Positions 1 to 11,764 are shown, counted from the first letter of the stretch. The stretch is DNA of 64,000 nt from Eledone cirrhosa (GCA_964016885.1 OZ024741.1:200074001-200138000); one strand, 5' to 3'. The notes: a model not told the origin generated them from the letters alone. Program-made: numbers and translations.

Positions 1-2868
1 GCAAATCGTAGCGGATCATCTAGGTCGTACCTAGATAGGTTCTTAGTTAGAATTAAGGATAAGGACTTTTTAAGTTGTCCAAAAATGCGCATGGTTGGCT
101 ATTCAGACCACAAATTAGTGACCTGCATGGTCAACCTTGACAGAACTCATAGACAGGGCCCCGGTTACTGGAATCTCAACTTGTCCTTGCCGGCAAGTAG
201 AGCCTACAGGAATCGGATTAGTACGTTAGTTAAGGAACGGTTGACTGGAGCGATCGTCAACAGCAGGTGGTGGGTATCTCTAAAGAGAGAGATTAGAGTA
301 GTCTCGATAGAATTTAGTAAGGTTCTAGCTGCGGATAGGAATAGGAAGGAAAGGGAGCTAATAGATAGAGTAGAAGAGGCAATTAGAAGCGGCGACGTGG
401 CCAGAGTGCTAGCGTCGAGAACGGCTTTCAGCCAGTTTTTCGACGCGAAGCACGAAGGCTGCGTTGTCCGAAGTAAAATACGTGCTCTAGGGAACGAGGG
501 GACCAAAGCTGTTAGCTGGGCCCACGTGACAGAGGCCAACAGTGGAACTAAATCCACCATCCGGTCTTTGCGAGACCTGGATGGACGGGCGATTCTTGAG
601 CCTAAGCAGATGTGTGAGGCCTTTCAAAGGCACTTTGCCCGACTGTTCGGGAGGGGCGGGGAGCCGGTTGGGAACGTGGACTTCGGTCCATACCTCGACG
701 GCCTGCTGCGCCTCTCGGACAGGGAGGCGAAGTCCTGCGAGGAGCCGATTTCGGCCGCTGAGATAGAGGACGTGCTGAGCCAATGCGGCAAACGCAAATC
801 CCCGGGTCTCGATGGTCTTCCTTACGAATTATATCTAGCTATGCCGGACTTGTTCCCCGATCTCCTCGAGGCGGTCTACTGCAACTGGCAACAGAACGGG
901 AGAATTCCCTGTACTGTGACCAAGGGCGTAGTCACGCTAGTGAGGAAGGACGAGAACAAGGGGGACGAAATAAGTAACTTCAGGCCCATAACACTGCTAA
1001 ATACAGAGTTACAGATTTTGGCCAAGGTGCTAGCAAAGAGGTTGGCGCTTGTCGTGGGCAACCTGGTGGGAGATGCGCAGACATGCGCTATCCCGTCCAG
1101 GTCCATCCATGACAACCTCCACCTCATGCGATACATCATAGAGAGGGTTGGGAACGAACCCGGCTTTGGTGGGGCTCTGATCAACTTGGATCAATCTAAG
1201 GCGTTCGATAGGGTCGACCATGGTTACCTGGATGCGGTGCTAGCGGCGGCAGGCTTCGGACCCGTTTTCAGGGGCTGGATCACTGCTATGCACAGCAGCC
1301 GCATCTGCTCTAGGGTCAAGGTGAACGGCTACCTCTCGGAGCCGTTCAAAATCGCGCGGTTCATCCGACAAGGGTGCCCTCTCTCCTCCCTTCTGTATGT
1401 GTTGACTCTCGAGCCACTACTGCGGAAGTTGGAGTTGTTGCAGGGCATCCCTTTGGAACCGGGATTGCGGAAAGCGGTGTCGGCCTACGCCGATGACGTG
1501 ACAGTAATGGTGTCGATGGCCTCCGAAATCGAGGCGGTCGGCACATTACTGGAGGAGTACGAAAAGTTCACAGGGGCTAAGCTGAACCGGGACAAGTCGA
1601 TCGGTTTGCAACTCGGCACATGGAGGGGCAGACCGATGCCCTCCGATGGCGTCGTCGGACGCTGGACGGAGGGCCCGGTGAAGTTGCTCGGGGTCTGGTT
1701 CGGACCGGACCTCCAGGTGGAGAAAAACTGGGCGGAGGTTACGAACAGGGTGTTTGCACTGACCCAGAAGTGGGCCAGTTGCAAACTATCCCTGAAAGGT
1801 CGGGCGGAGGTGGCGAACACCTACATAGCGTCCGTCATCTACTACCGCCTGACCGTAGTGCCCTGCCCAAGGGAAACCCTCACCAAGATGGAGCGCGCGC
1901 TCTTCCAATTCCTTTGGAAGAAGCGGGCTCCTATGGTGAGGAGATCCATCTGCTGTCAACACCCTTCGAAAGGAGGGCTGCGGATGCCGTGGCTAATGAT
2001 GCGTAAACACGCATTAAGGCTACGGCACCTCTACGTATTCCTCACCGGACAACCGGTGTGGGCCTCGTTTGTGAGACGAACCTTTCCCAGACTCGTCTCA
2101 CTCACCGAGCTACAATCCTGGGTCAAGCAAAGACCGAGAAAACTGGGCGCCTGGCACACTGAGTGTGCCCAGGCGCTCACCGCCCTCTGGCAGGCGGATC
2201 CGGTTATCAGTGGAGACTCCACCGCAACATTCTATAGAGGGCTGTTACCCAGCAGGTGCGACGACGCCCTCGGAGAAGCCCTAGACATGGAGGAGGACGA
2301 ACTGGCCAGCCTGTTCGGTAGGACATTCAGCCCGGGACCTATGGACAACTTCCAGAAGTCCCTGGCCTGGCAGTGCTACCGAGGGGCTTTACCCGTTCGA
2401 GAAAGGCTCTACAGACACGGGCGCCCGGGTAGGGACCCCGCCAAAAAGATCTGTCCCAGATGCGTGTGCGACGAGGAAACCGTTGCACACGCATTGGTAC
2501 ACTGCTCGGGCGTAGCCGATCTGTGGGGCTATGTCGAACAACTGCTGTCAAGGGTGGGACCGATCCGGTTGACCACCGAGTCTATTGTAATGATCAAGCC
2601 GCCTCCCCCCTTCAAAGATGAAGCAGAGGCGGTGTTTCTGTGCGTAATAGCCATGGCGAAAGAGGTTGTATGGTGGACGCGTCTGAAAGGACTGAGGTCA
2701 GGCACCTTTCTCTCTGGCCAACAACTGGTCCGTTTCTTCCGATATCATTTCGGAAGAAGGATCAGGATGGAGAGAGAGGTGCTGCACCCCAGCCGTTTCT
2801 ATGAAAGATGGGTGAAAGTGGCGAGAATGGCCCGTGTGAATGGGCCTTCACTCTACATCAGACTATAG
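1..2868 (+). CDS. Tx1-like ORF2 (APE endonuclease C-terminus, reverse transcriptase, zinc finger), 5'-partial, uninterrupted
   Basis: Frame open from base 1: SYLDRFL...SDH (APE end), KSPGLDGLP, NFRPITLLN, LDQSKAFDRV, RQGCPLS, YADD, CPRC..ETVAHALVHC. Confidence 0.9.
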   Translation, partial: ANRSGSSRSYLDRFLVRIKDKDFLSCPKMRMVGYSDHKLVTCMVNLDRTHRQGPGYWNLNLSLPASRAYRNRISTLVKERLTGAIVNSRWWVSLKREIRVVSIEFSKVLAADRNRKERELIDRVEEAIRSGDVARVLASRTAFSQFFDAKHEGCVVRSKIRALGNEGTKAVSWAHVTEANSGTKSTIRSLRDLDGRAILEPKQMCEAFQRHFARLFGRGGEPVGNVDFGPYLDGLLRLSDREAKSCEEPISAAEIEDVLSQCGKRKSPGLDGLPYELYLAMPDLFPDLLEAVYCNWQQNGRIPCTVTKGVVTLVRKDENKGDEISNFRPITLLNTELQILAKVLAKRLALVVGNLVGDAQTCAIPSRSIHDNLHLMRYIIERVGNEPGFGGALINLDQSKAFDRVDHGYLDAVLAAAGFGPVFRGWITAMHSSRICSRVKVNGYLSEPFKIARFIRQGCPLSSLLYVLTLEPLLRKLELLQGIPLEPGLRKAVSAYADDVTVMVSMASEIEAVGTLLEEYEKFTGAKLNRDKSIGLQLGTWRGRPMPSDGVVGRWTEGPVKLLGVWFGPDLQVEKNWAEVTNRVFALTQKWASCKLSLKGRAEVANTYIASVIYYRLTVVPCPRETLTKMERALFQFLWKKRAPMVRRSICCQHPSKGGLRMPWLMMRKHALRLRHLYVFLTGQPVWASFVRRTFPRLVSLTELQSWVKQRPRKLGAWHTECAQALTALWQADPVISGDSTATFYRGLLPSRCDDALGEALDMEEDELASLFGRTFSPGPMDNFQKSLAWQCYRGALPVRERLYRHGRPGRDPAKKICPRCVCDEETVAHALVHCSGVADLWGYVEQLLSRVGPIRLTTESIVMIKPPPPFKDEAEAVFLCVIAMAKEVVWWTRLKGLRSGTFLSGQQLVRFFRYHFGRRIRMEREVLHPSRFYERWVKVARMARVNGPSLYIRL

Positions 2869-3131
2869 GTGAGGAAGATGAAAGACCAAGGGAGCACCCC
2901 TTCTCTGTGCTCCTGAGGAGAAGGGTTGCACACTTTTTTCGGGGGTGTGTGCGACCCCCCAAGGCGCCTCCTCTCTATTGAGGATTTTGTTAAAAATTTT
3001 ATTTTTTGTTATATCTTATTTTATTTTTATATTTTGTTATTGCCTCCTCCTTATTGAGGACGCCTTGTTTTGTAAACTCCCCCCTTTGTACTTGTCCCAC
3101 TTTTGATGCCCTGGTGGCAAATAAAAGAAAC
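1..3131 (+). mobile_element. Tx1/L1-clade non-LTR retrotransposon (5' end outside window), 3' UTR running into (TATC)n
   Basis: Long ORF2, ~250-nt 3' UTR, AATAAA at ~3120 followed immediately by (TATC)n. Confidence 0.9.
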
Positions 3132-3132
3132 A

Positions 3133-3168
<36 letters not shown>

Positions 3169-3233
3169 CATCTATCCATCTATCTATCCATCTATCCATC
3201 TATCTATCCATCTATCCATCTATCCATCTATCC

Positions 3234-3300
<67 letters not shown>

Positions 3301-3379
3301 CATCTATCTATCTATCTATCTATCCATCCATCCATCTCTCCTATCCATTGATCAATTGATCTATCCATCCATCTCTCTC

Positions 3380-3423
<44 letters not shown>

Positions 3424-3458
3424 CACACACACACACATACATAAATATATATATATAT
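3132..3458. repeat. Compound microsatellite (TATC/TCCA)n-(TC)n-(CA)n-(TA)n
   Basis: Directly visible. Confidence 0.95.
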
Positions 3459-3666
3459 GACAAAAGAACTCTGAGAGACTATATATATATATATTTATAT
3501 ATATATTTTTAACTGTTGGTCAATCAATAATAAACATTGATTGCCAGCTAAATTTACTACAGGGATGTAAAATATACAGAAGCAAAAACCAACCCAAACC
3601 AAACAGTGAGCGTGTTTTATTATATATTTCTGGCAATGTTATAACAACATGACCATCCCCAAATAT

Positions 3667-3672
<6 letters not shown>
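3459..3672 (+). mobile_element. 3' fragment of a PLE pseudo-LTR (family A)
   Basis: Ends ...catgaccatccccaaatataacaatat|(AT)n, like 6260-6284 and 54375-54398. Confidence 0.6.
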
Positions 3673-3760
<88 letters not shown>

Positions 3761-3762
<2 letters not shown>

Positions 3763-4510
3763 GAAAAATGAAATTTCATTTCTCACTCTTAGTATGGCTG
3801 ATACTTAAATATAAGTATGTATACGTACGTATATGTATACAGACGTACAGTAGTATGTATATACATACATGCACACATATATATATATATATGTACGTAT
3901 GGGTTTACCGAACATTTATTATAATGCTCGGTTTGTTTGTAAACAAACAGCCCGAATTATTAGCCGTACAGTGTTCGGCAACCATCGTTGCCCTTTTGTT
4001 CATACGTACATATATATATGTGTGCATGAATGTATATACATACTACTGTACGTCTGTATACATATATGTATGTACGTATACATACTTATATTTAAGTATC
4101 AGCCATACTAAGAGTGAGAAATGAAGTTTCATTTTTTCCATTTATCATTTTCGGTACACCAGGCTGACTAACTCACTCGATATGCAAATTAGGCTCCTCA
4201 GCCGTTAATATGCATAAGGAAAGTATATACTTTCAAACGTTCAATCGACTGACAGGAAGGTATACGGTGCTGATGACAGCTAATAAGCTAGAAACTAGTT
4301 CATCATTCTTTTGTCAGTGTTGAACAAAAGGGCAATGATGGTTGTTAAACACTGTACGGCTTAATTCAGGCTGTTTGTTTGCAAAGAAACCGAGCATTAT
4401 AATAAATGTTCGGTAAACCCATACGTACATATATATATGTGTGCATGTATGTATATACATACTACTGTACGTCTGTATACATATATGTATGTACGTATAC
4501 ATACTTATAT
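3761..4510 (+). mobile_element. ORF-less HHR element: ~1.2 copies of a 419-nt monomer plus an inverted partial copy (retrozyme-like)
   Basis: Direct repeat 4001-4090 / 4420-4508; 3761-4000 is the reverse complement of monomer sequence; HHR at 4270; (TA)n flanks. Confidence 0.75.
4264..4306 (+). ncRNA. Minimal type-I hammerhead ribozyme motif
   Basis: cggtg CTGATGA c-agct-aata-agct-a GAAAC TA GTT catca; palindromic stem III ACTAGT. Confidence 0.7.
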
Positions 4511-4519
4511 ATATATATA

Positions 4520-4622
4520 GGAACAAGTATGACCCCGATGGCAGAGCTCAAGCCGTTTCGACGGCTATTTCTGGACTTTGATGCGTTATGGTCCATCTGG
4601 TTCCTTACCACAATTCCTTCAT
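4520..4622 (-). mobile_element. Short (TA)n-flanked element with HHR stem-III half (family of 10333 and 50078)
   Basis: Minus strand GAAACGGCTTGAGCTCTGCCATC; similar to 10333-10498, 37750-37825 and 50078-50120. Confidence 0.55.
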
Positions 4623-4724
4623 TATATATATATATATATAGGCATATAATCATCATGATAGACAGATAGGTCTATATAGTGTGTCTGTAAATAAATATAT
4701 ATATATATGTATATATATGTGTGT

Positions 4725-5076
4725 CTGATGGTAACTAAGATGCTTCCATAGGCGGTATGCCGGTTGAGCACTCTATGCTCTTACAGAGCAGAGTATGATA
4801 TAATATAAAACGAAAAATCAGTGATGCATCTGAACTCAATTTATTGTGTGTTACAATTGTTTCGCCGGCGGACAGCTCGAGACGCGATCATTGGGTGGAT
4901 CTGTCTGATTCTGGACCCGCAGGTTCGACGGACACGTCTAATGATTTCGGAGCATATTCTTCCAATCAGACAGATCCACACAATGATCGCGTCGTGAGCT
5001 GTCCGCCGGAGAAACAATTGTAACACACAATAAATTGAGTTCAGATGCATAATTGATTTTTCGTTTTATATTATAT
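4725..5076 (+). mobile_element. Hairpin element (arms ~4797-4910 / 4964-5076, tail on left) with degenerate long-stem-II HHR
   Basis: Arms are reverse complements; CTAATGA (4938) ttcgg...ccgga GAAAC AATT GTA (5011-5022), then AATAAA. Confidence 0.7.
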
Positions 5077-5474
5077 ATATATATATATATATATATTTCG
5101 TTTCTGAATTTGTTTAGCAAGATTCTTTATCTGAAAACGTGTGTTGAAACCGATATTGTTATACTTTGGGAGGGTCATGTTGCCAATAAGAAACACACGC
5201 ACCAGTTGCTTTCACTTCAATTTATTATAATAAATTTATAAATTTAGGAATTTATAAATTTCCGGTTGGTTGGTTGGTTCCACAACCAGATGGTTGTTTA
5301 TATATTGTCAAAGTTCTTTCGTCACACATTCTGTGACCTCTTCAGTGACTGGGGATTCTTTTCTTTGTTTTTTGTGCCTCTCCTTTGTTCTGTCCTACGC
5401 CATCTTGTTTTTGTGTGTGTGTTGTGTGCTTAGTTTGTGCATGTGTAACATCCGGGTGTCTGTGTGTGTTTATA

Positions 5475-5885
5475 CAGGGAGGCCCTTTTCAAAGACCTCC
5501 CTGTATAGATAAGAAATGTATAATCTGTAAATTAAGCCCCCATATTAACTGTAAAACTAGAAATGTAGTATATAGCATAAGATGTACTGAAGGACAATGT
5601 AGAGATAAAAATATAGTGTACATAGGTGAGACAGCTCAGAGTATAGGGGAACGGATAAATGAACACTGGCGAGACCTTCAAGATAGTAAAGAATTATCTG
5701 TACTCTACCAACATGCTAAAATAGAACATAAGGGTAAATTAGAGAACATAGAAATAAAAATAGAATCAACACACAGAAAAGACGCAATGTTTAGACAAAT
5801 CACAGAGGCAATAAACATAAATGAATTACAACCAAAATTAAATAGAAAACATGAGTGGAACAGCAACATCACAACTTACAATTAA
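5475..5885 (+). CDS. PLE GIY-YIG endonuclease domain (C-terminal fragment)
   Basis: PCxxxxCxxC...CKTRNVVYSIRC...VYIGETAQSIGERINEH...EAININELQPKLN. Confidence 0.85.
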   Translation, partial: QGGPFQRPPCIDKKCIICKLSPHINCKTRNVVYSIRCTEGQCRDKNIVYIGETAQSIGERINEHWRDLQDSKELSVLYQHAKIEHKGKLENIEIKIESTHRKDAMFRQITEAININELQPKLNRKHEWNSNITTYN

Positions 5886-6086
5886 GGACAAAATGAAAAC
5901 ACACACGCACATAGAACAAACAACCAACCAGTAACATGTAAATAAACAAATAAATAAACGAATATAAACACACACAGACACCCGGATGTAACACATGCGC
6001 AAACTAAGCACACAACACACACACAAAAACAAGATGGCGTAGGACTGAACAAAGGAGAGGCACAAAAAACAAAGAAAAGAATCCCC

Positions 6087-6132
6087 AGTCACTGAAGAGG
6101 TCACAGAATGTGTGACGAAAGAACTTTGACAA
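6087..6132 (+). ncRNA. Hammerhead motif in PLE pseudo-LTR (mirror copy 5306-5350 on minus strand)
   Basis: gtca CTGAAGA g-gtcac...gtgac GAAA gaac tt tgac. Confidence 0.7.
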
Positions 6133-6349
6133 TATATAAACAACCATCTGGTTGTGGAACCAATCAACCAACCGGAAATTTATAAATTCCTAAATTTATA
6201 AATTTATTATAATAAATTGAAGTGAAAGCAACTGGTGCGTGTGTTTCTTATTGGCAACATGACCCTCCCAAAGAATAACAATATATATATATATATATAT
6301 GTATATGTATATATGTATATATATATATGTATATATATATATATGTATA

Positions 6350-6420
<71 letters not shown>

Positions 6421-6422
<2 letters not shown>

Positions 6423-7620
6423 TCATCATCATCATCATCAGGTTTAGCGTCCGTGTTCCACGCTTGCATGGGTTTGGACGGGGGTTTTCCCACTTGAGGC
6501 AAGAGTGCTTGTCTTGCTCGCATAGGACTGTCTGGCGGGTTTTCTACAGTTGGATGCCCTTCCTAACACCAACCACATTTACAGTGTGGGGCTGGGAGGT
6601 TTTTACCGTGTTGCCTACACGGCCACATTTACAGCGTGGACTGTCTGGCGGGTTCTCTACAGCTGGATGCCCTTCCTAACACCAACCACATTTACAGTGT
6701 GGGGCTGGGAGGTTTTTACCGTGTTGCCTACACGGCCACATTTACAGCGTGGACTGTGTGTTTTTTTGTTGTGACACCTACACGATCTCATTTGTTTCGG
6801 CCTGGATGTTGTGGGACCAACATAACTTTACATTGAAAGGGGCGGTGTGGATGGGGTGGAGGTGGTGGGACGGGGGTGTGTTTTGATAGAGATGCCTACT
6901 GACTGTAGTAGGTTTTTACTTTGTATTTAGGTAAGGCGGGTCTTCTCTATTACTGAGTACCGCCAAAGGTCTCGGTCCAGTGACATTGTCTTGGAGAGGT
7001 GTAAGCGTGTGAGGTCGGAATTTATCAGCTCGTCCCATGTTTTTCTGGGTCTGCCTACTCCGTGGCTACCGTCTATCTTTATTGCCCTGCACTTTGTTAT
7101 ACAGCTGTCGTCTTTCATGCGCATCACGTGACCGTACCAACGTAGCCTTCTCTCGAGTAAACATCTGATCCCTCTTATTTCTAATTTTTTCCTTAGTTCG
7201 TTTATGCTTTGCCGTTCACGTATATTACTATTGCACATCCAGCGGAGCACGCAAGCTTTGTTCCTCTCTAGTCTGCGTATATCCTCTGCACACAATGCCC
7301 AGGTCTCACTGCCATGCAGCATTGCTGTTCGTATGCAGGCATCATATAACCTGCCTTTCATTTTTAGGGAGAACCCTCTAGCGGCTAATAGTGGTATAAG
7401 CTCTCTGAACTTTTTCCACCCAGTTCTGACTCTAGCTATTGTACTTTCAGAGCACACTCCCCCACTGCTGATTTTGTCACCCAGGTAACGGAAGCTGTCC
7501 ACTATTTCTATAGAACCCTCTGTGCAGTTGAAGGAGCTAGTATTTTGTGGGCACTTGCTGCTACTTATTGCACCAGAGCACCGGCCACATGTAAAATCTA
7601 TGTTCTTAGTTAGCTTACCT
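6421..7620 (-). mobile_element. RTE-type LINE, 5'-truncated, (ATG)n tail, two ~112-bp repeats in 3' UTR
   Basis: DSFRYLGDKI...MLHGSETW...RLRWYGHVMR...GRPRKTW. Confidence 0.85.
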
Positions 7621-7649
7621 GTATATATATGTATGTATATATATATATA

Positions 7650-7698
<49 letters not shown>

Positions 7699-7796
7699 CA
7701 ATGAAAAACAGTCAGTTGATTTAGAATCAGCTGATTTATATATAACAGATTTCAAGCGCTCAACGGTATACGTTTAACTGGAGTTTTATTACAATA

Positions 7797-7975
7797 ATTG
7801 TTTCTACTTTTAGCACAAGGCCAGCAATTATTCCAGTGCATTACTGGTACTTTATTTGATCGACCCCATAAAGATAAAAGGCAAAGTTAACCTCGGCGGG
7901 ATTTGAACTCAGACCGTAAAGGGCCGTAACTCTGTTTTGCAAAGTATGCCATCCAACCCTCTACCGATACTATTA
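7797..7975 (-). mobile_element. tRNA-derived SINE with Deu/Nin-like central domain
   Basis: B-box GAGTTCAAATCC followed by a tttgcctttcatcc...ggggtcgat-like core; many copies in the window. Confidence 0.75.
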
Positions 7976-8147
7976 TAATAATAAATGAAAGACAGTTACT
8001 TTAGACCATCCCAATTTATTTTATTATACATATTTCGAAGATGTAAGGCTTATGTATAACATAAGTCTAAACATATTTCTCTTCAGACAAAATCCACTGG
8101 AAATGTAGGAGTCATTTGATATGCTGGCAGTCAGACGAGCTGTTCAT

Positions 8148-8490
8148 ATCATCATCATGATCATCATTTTACGTCCGCTTTTCCCTGCTTGCAAGGGTGG
8201 GACAGGAACTGATTCTGGCTTGATTTCTACAGCTGGATGCCCTTCCTAACACCAACCTCATTTACAGTGAGTGCTGGGTGCTTTTTTTCCGTGGCGCCTA
8301 CGCGTCCACTTTACAGTGGAATGATAGGGACCCCAGTCCTTATCATCTCATTTCTACAGCTGAGTAAACTGGAGCAATGTGAAATAAAGTGTCTTGCTCA
8401 AGGAAACAACACATCACCCGGTCTGAGAATTGAACTCACAGCCTTTCGATTGCAAGGCCAATGCTCTAACCACTAAGCCATGTGCCTCCA
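8148..8490 (-). mobile_element. RTE 3' UTR fragment plus a tRNA-headed SINE
   Basis: (CAT)n tail and UTR like 38040-38110; minus strand TGGCTTAGTGG (A-box) ... GAGTTCAATTC (B-box). Confidence 0.6.
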
Positions 8491-9249
8491 TATCCATATG
8501 AGATATAAAAACCTCAATACAGAAGGTATTATTTGAGTGGGAGAAATATTACAGTAGGTATTGGCGTTTTCAAACTGGATTGGTAAAAAAAAAAAGAATT
8601 AAAACAAAAACAAATATTGACGGTTAGGTTATTTATAACTTAAGTTAGATTAAATTAGATATTATACTAAAAAATATATATTCGAAGATGTAACTATATA
8701 AATTCGAATAATGTAACTATATAATAAAGAAAAAATTATAAATGACTAATTCTGTAGATAATTAATTGTAGTTTATGTAAAGTTAAATTTTAGATAAAAT
8801 TTAATTAGAATATTAAATAAATAATATAACATTTTTCTTTTTATCTATAGTTTTTTATTTATAGTATTTTCTATATAGTTTTTCCTGCTATTTTATTTAT
8901 AATTCGTTAATAAGCTAAATAAAACAAGTAAGTATTACATTTCTTCATCATAACTTTTACATCTATTTTAACTTTAATTAGTATACAAACGAATTCATTT
9001 TTAATATAAATTGACATATTAGGCTATAACACATGCATTTTTCTTTTTAAATAATTACGCTACAACAAATGCATCTTTTCCTTTGAACCAATTTATTAAT
9101 CTCATATAATGATAACTTAGCCTGTTATTAATTAGCAAAGCAAATTGTTAAATATTTTTTTCCACTCTCATTATAACTACTAAATTAAATTGTATACATA
9201 AACTAAAGTACTAAAGTAACAGTTATTATTATTATTATTGTTGTTATTA

Positions 9250-10282
9250 CTCTTTGGGTCTCAGTCATTGATGTTAGTTAACTGGAAAGTTTGTTGAAAT
9301 GAATATCAAGCCACTACCTGCAGCCTCAGATATTCAGGACATATCGGAGGGTTCTTGCTGTTCCCAGCAAACATGCCTTTTGAAGCGTTCCAAAAAGCGT
9401 GAAGGGGCCAATTTTCTTTAACCATCCCTGGAAACTTTTTGAGATAGTCCCTAGTGCGCCTATGACAATCGGGACTACTTTGACTTCATGGCAGTTCCAA
9501 ATCCTTTTTACCTGGTATCGGTTAATTTTCTCCCTCTCCTTCTCTTGCACTCTCGTGTCGAATGGGCAGGCCACATCCACAATCAGGCACGATCTTTTTT
9601 CTTTGTCCACAACCACCAGGTCAGGTCTATTGTGTTCCAGTTTCTTGTCCGTCTGTATCCTAAAATCCCACAGCACCTTCACCTGATCGTTTTCTATCAC
9701 CGCCTCTGGCTTATGCTCATACCACTTCTCAGAATGTGGTAAATTGTTTACTTTGCATAGGTGCCAGTGGATCACCCTGCCCATCACATCATGTCTCCAG
9801 CCCTTATAGTGAGTCTGGGCTAGGTGTTTACACTCGGATACAATGTGAGCCACAGTCTCCTCTCTCTCTCTCCACAGATCCTGCACAGTGGGCTAGCCTC
9901 CTCCTTGTAAATATGGTGTTTCAACCACTTCATTTTGAGGGCCTGCTCCTGCGCAGCCATTAACATTCCTTCTGTAGCCTTTTTAAGGTCTCCTCTTTTC
10001 AACCAGTTCCATGTCTGTGGATCTCTAAATTCAGTTTTCTCAAAGAAGGTACTATGAAGGGATTTTTCCTGAAGGCTGCTCTTTCTCCTTGATGTTATTT
10101 CCTCCTTGGACATCCCCTGGCCTATTGTCCCCTCCTTCAGTACAGTTCTGAGCATTGGCTCCTTACTATCAGTCACGTATTTGTGTAGGTTGTTTTTCTC
10201 CATCTGAACACAGTCCTCTATGCTGATAAGACCTCTTCCACCCTCAGATCTCCTTAAGTAGAGTCTATCGACATCACTCCTC
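9250..10282 (-). mobile_element. R4/Dong-clade non-LTR element, 3' part, flanked by (TAA)n
   Basis: CRIC..ETVAHIVSEC zinc knuckle, RHD, RPDLVVVD..IVDVACP restriction-like endonuclease, PIVIGALG. Confidence 0.85.
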
Positions 10283-10323
<41 letters not shown>

Positions 10324-10332
10324 ATATATATA

Positions 10333-10497
10333 TGAAAAGATTCAGGACCCCAACGGCTGAGCTCCAGCCATTTGATAGCTATATATATATACAAGCTGTT
10401 TCGACGGCTATTTCTGGACTAAAGTCCACTCTACTACCCTAAGTATTGAGTACTCTGGTGTGTTATGGTCCAACTGGTTCCTTACCACACCTCCTTC

Positions 10498-10498
<1 letters not shown>
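10333..10498 (-). mobile_element. Short (TA)n-flanked element (family of 4520 and 50078)
   Basis: Shared gacccc..cggctgagctc and ctggttccttaccaca motifs. Confidence 0.55.
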
Positions 10499-10565
<67 letters not shown>

Positions 10566-10830
10566 TATATATCTATAGAGAGAGAGAGAAAGAGAGGGAT
10601 AGAGTGCTAGCTTCTACCTTCTATTGTATGTATATATATCTTTTTTTCTTATTATTCATCTTCATACCACTAGATTGTGGTGGTTCTTTTCAAATTCAAA
10701 TATTTATGGAAATTTACATACTTCAAACCAAAATATTTCAAACAGAAATTCTTTGGAAGAACAATTTCATAATTTGTCTTCTGACTTAATTAACTTCATT
10801 GCTGCAACCGAAATTGATAATATAGATATA

Positions 10831-11232
10831 TATCATCATCATCATCGTCATCATCATCATCATTTTACGTCTGCTTTTTCCTGCTTGCAAGGGTGGGATG
10901 GGTACTATTCAGCACAGCATCTCTCCACTTGTCACGGTCCTTCGTCATCTCCTCCATGAGCTTCAGCGATCTGAGATCTGCTCTCACCACATCCCTCATG
11001 TTTTTTGTGATCTACCTCTTCTGCGTCTTCCTTCTACTGGCATTTCTTGACACTTCTTTACCAGTGGTCATCTTCCATGTGCATCACATGTCCATACCAT
11101 CTCATCTTCTCTCCTGCACACCACAACTTATCCCTCTTATACCCAGTTTCTCTCTCAACTCATCTATGCTTGGTCGTTCATGCACATTGACATTGCACAT
11201 CCAACGGAGCATGCTTGCTTTATTTCTCTCCA
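10831..11232 (-). mobile_element. RTE LINE 3' fragment
   Basis: ERNKASMLRWMC...LREKLGIRGI; (CAT)n tail. Confidence 0.75.
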
Positions 11233-11257
11233 CACACACATACATATATATATATAT

Positions 11258-11404
11258 GTAAAAGGTAAACAGAAATAACAACACAATCGGTACAGTATAT
11301 GGAAGGAATATATTAGTTTAACGCTTGAAATAGCAGGAAGAAGGTCTTAATGTTACGGATGCTAGTCCTTCATCAAAAGAAAGAATGAGAAATTGGAAAG
11401 ATTG

Positions 11405-11405
<1 letters not shown>
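11258..11405 (-). mobile_element. PLE-type terminal fragment with degenerate HHR (family of 39420)
   Basis: Minus strand TTGATGA aggac..atcc GTAAC; closely similar to 39424-39570. Confidence 0.65.
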
Positions 11406-11460
<55 letters not shown>

Positions 11461-11465
<5 letters not shown>

Positions 11466-11760
11466 AAAATTGAACGGGAACAAAACAGAGAGGCAGTACG
11501 AACAAAGGTTTATTAGTTTCACGCTCTTGAGAGCGGGGGTGGTGGTGGGGAACGACGTTTCGGGCATAAGCCCTTCTTCAGGTGAAAAGTGTGTGGGAAG
11601 AGAGTTCAAAGGGTGTATAGGGGAGTGGCGGAGAGACATATAGCAAAAAGGGGGTGAGAGGAAACGGTGCAAATGAAATTAAAAATAAAGGCATGATCAA
11701 AATAAAATGAAAATGGGGTAAAACAGGTGGTGGAAGGGTGTGGGGCGTGTAGGGGGTGGT

Positions 11761-11764
<4 letters not shown>
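11461..11764 (-). mobile_element. HHR element with C/T-rich body (family of 38122-39410); HHR 11550-11585
   Basis: Minus strand CTGAAGA a-gggc-ttat-gccc GAAAC GTC, then AATAAA; (TA)n flanks. Confidence 0.75.

Larger units (their letters stand above)
5096..6284 (+). mobile_element. 5'-truncated Penelope-like element with inverted pseudo-LTRs (5153-5474 / 5963-6284), family A
   Basis: GIY-YIG remnant between near-identical inverted arms, each with an HHR; (TA)n on both sides. Confidence 0.9.

Noticed and set aside
204-2551. Overlapping and antisense ORFs inside the Tx1 copies (also 57598-59610)
   Set aside because: Shadow ORFs of GC-rich coding sequence; their similarity between copies follows from ORF2 conservation
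8580-9215. Very AT-rich stretch as a mitochondrial insertion
   Set aside because: No recognisable mitochondrial gene, rRNA or tRNA motif
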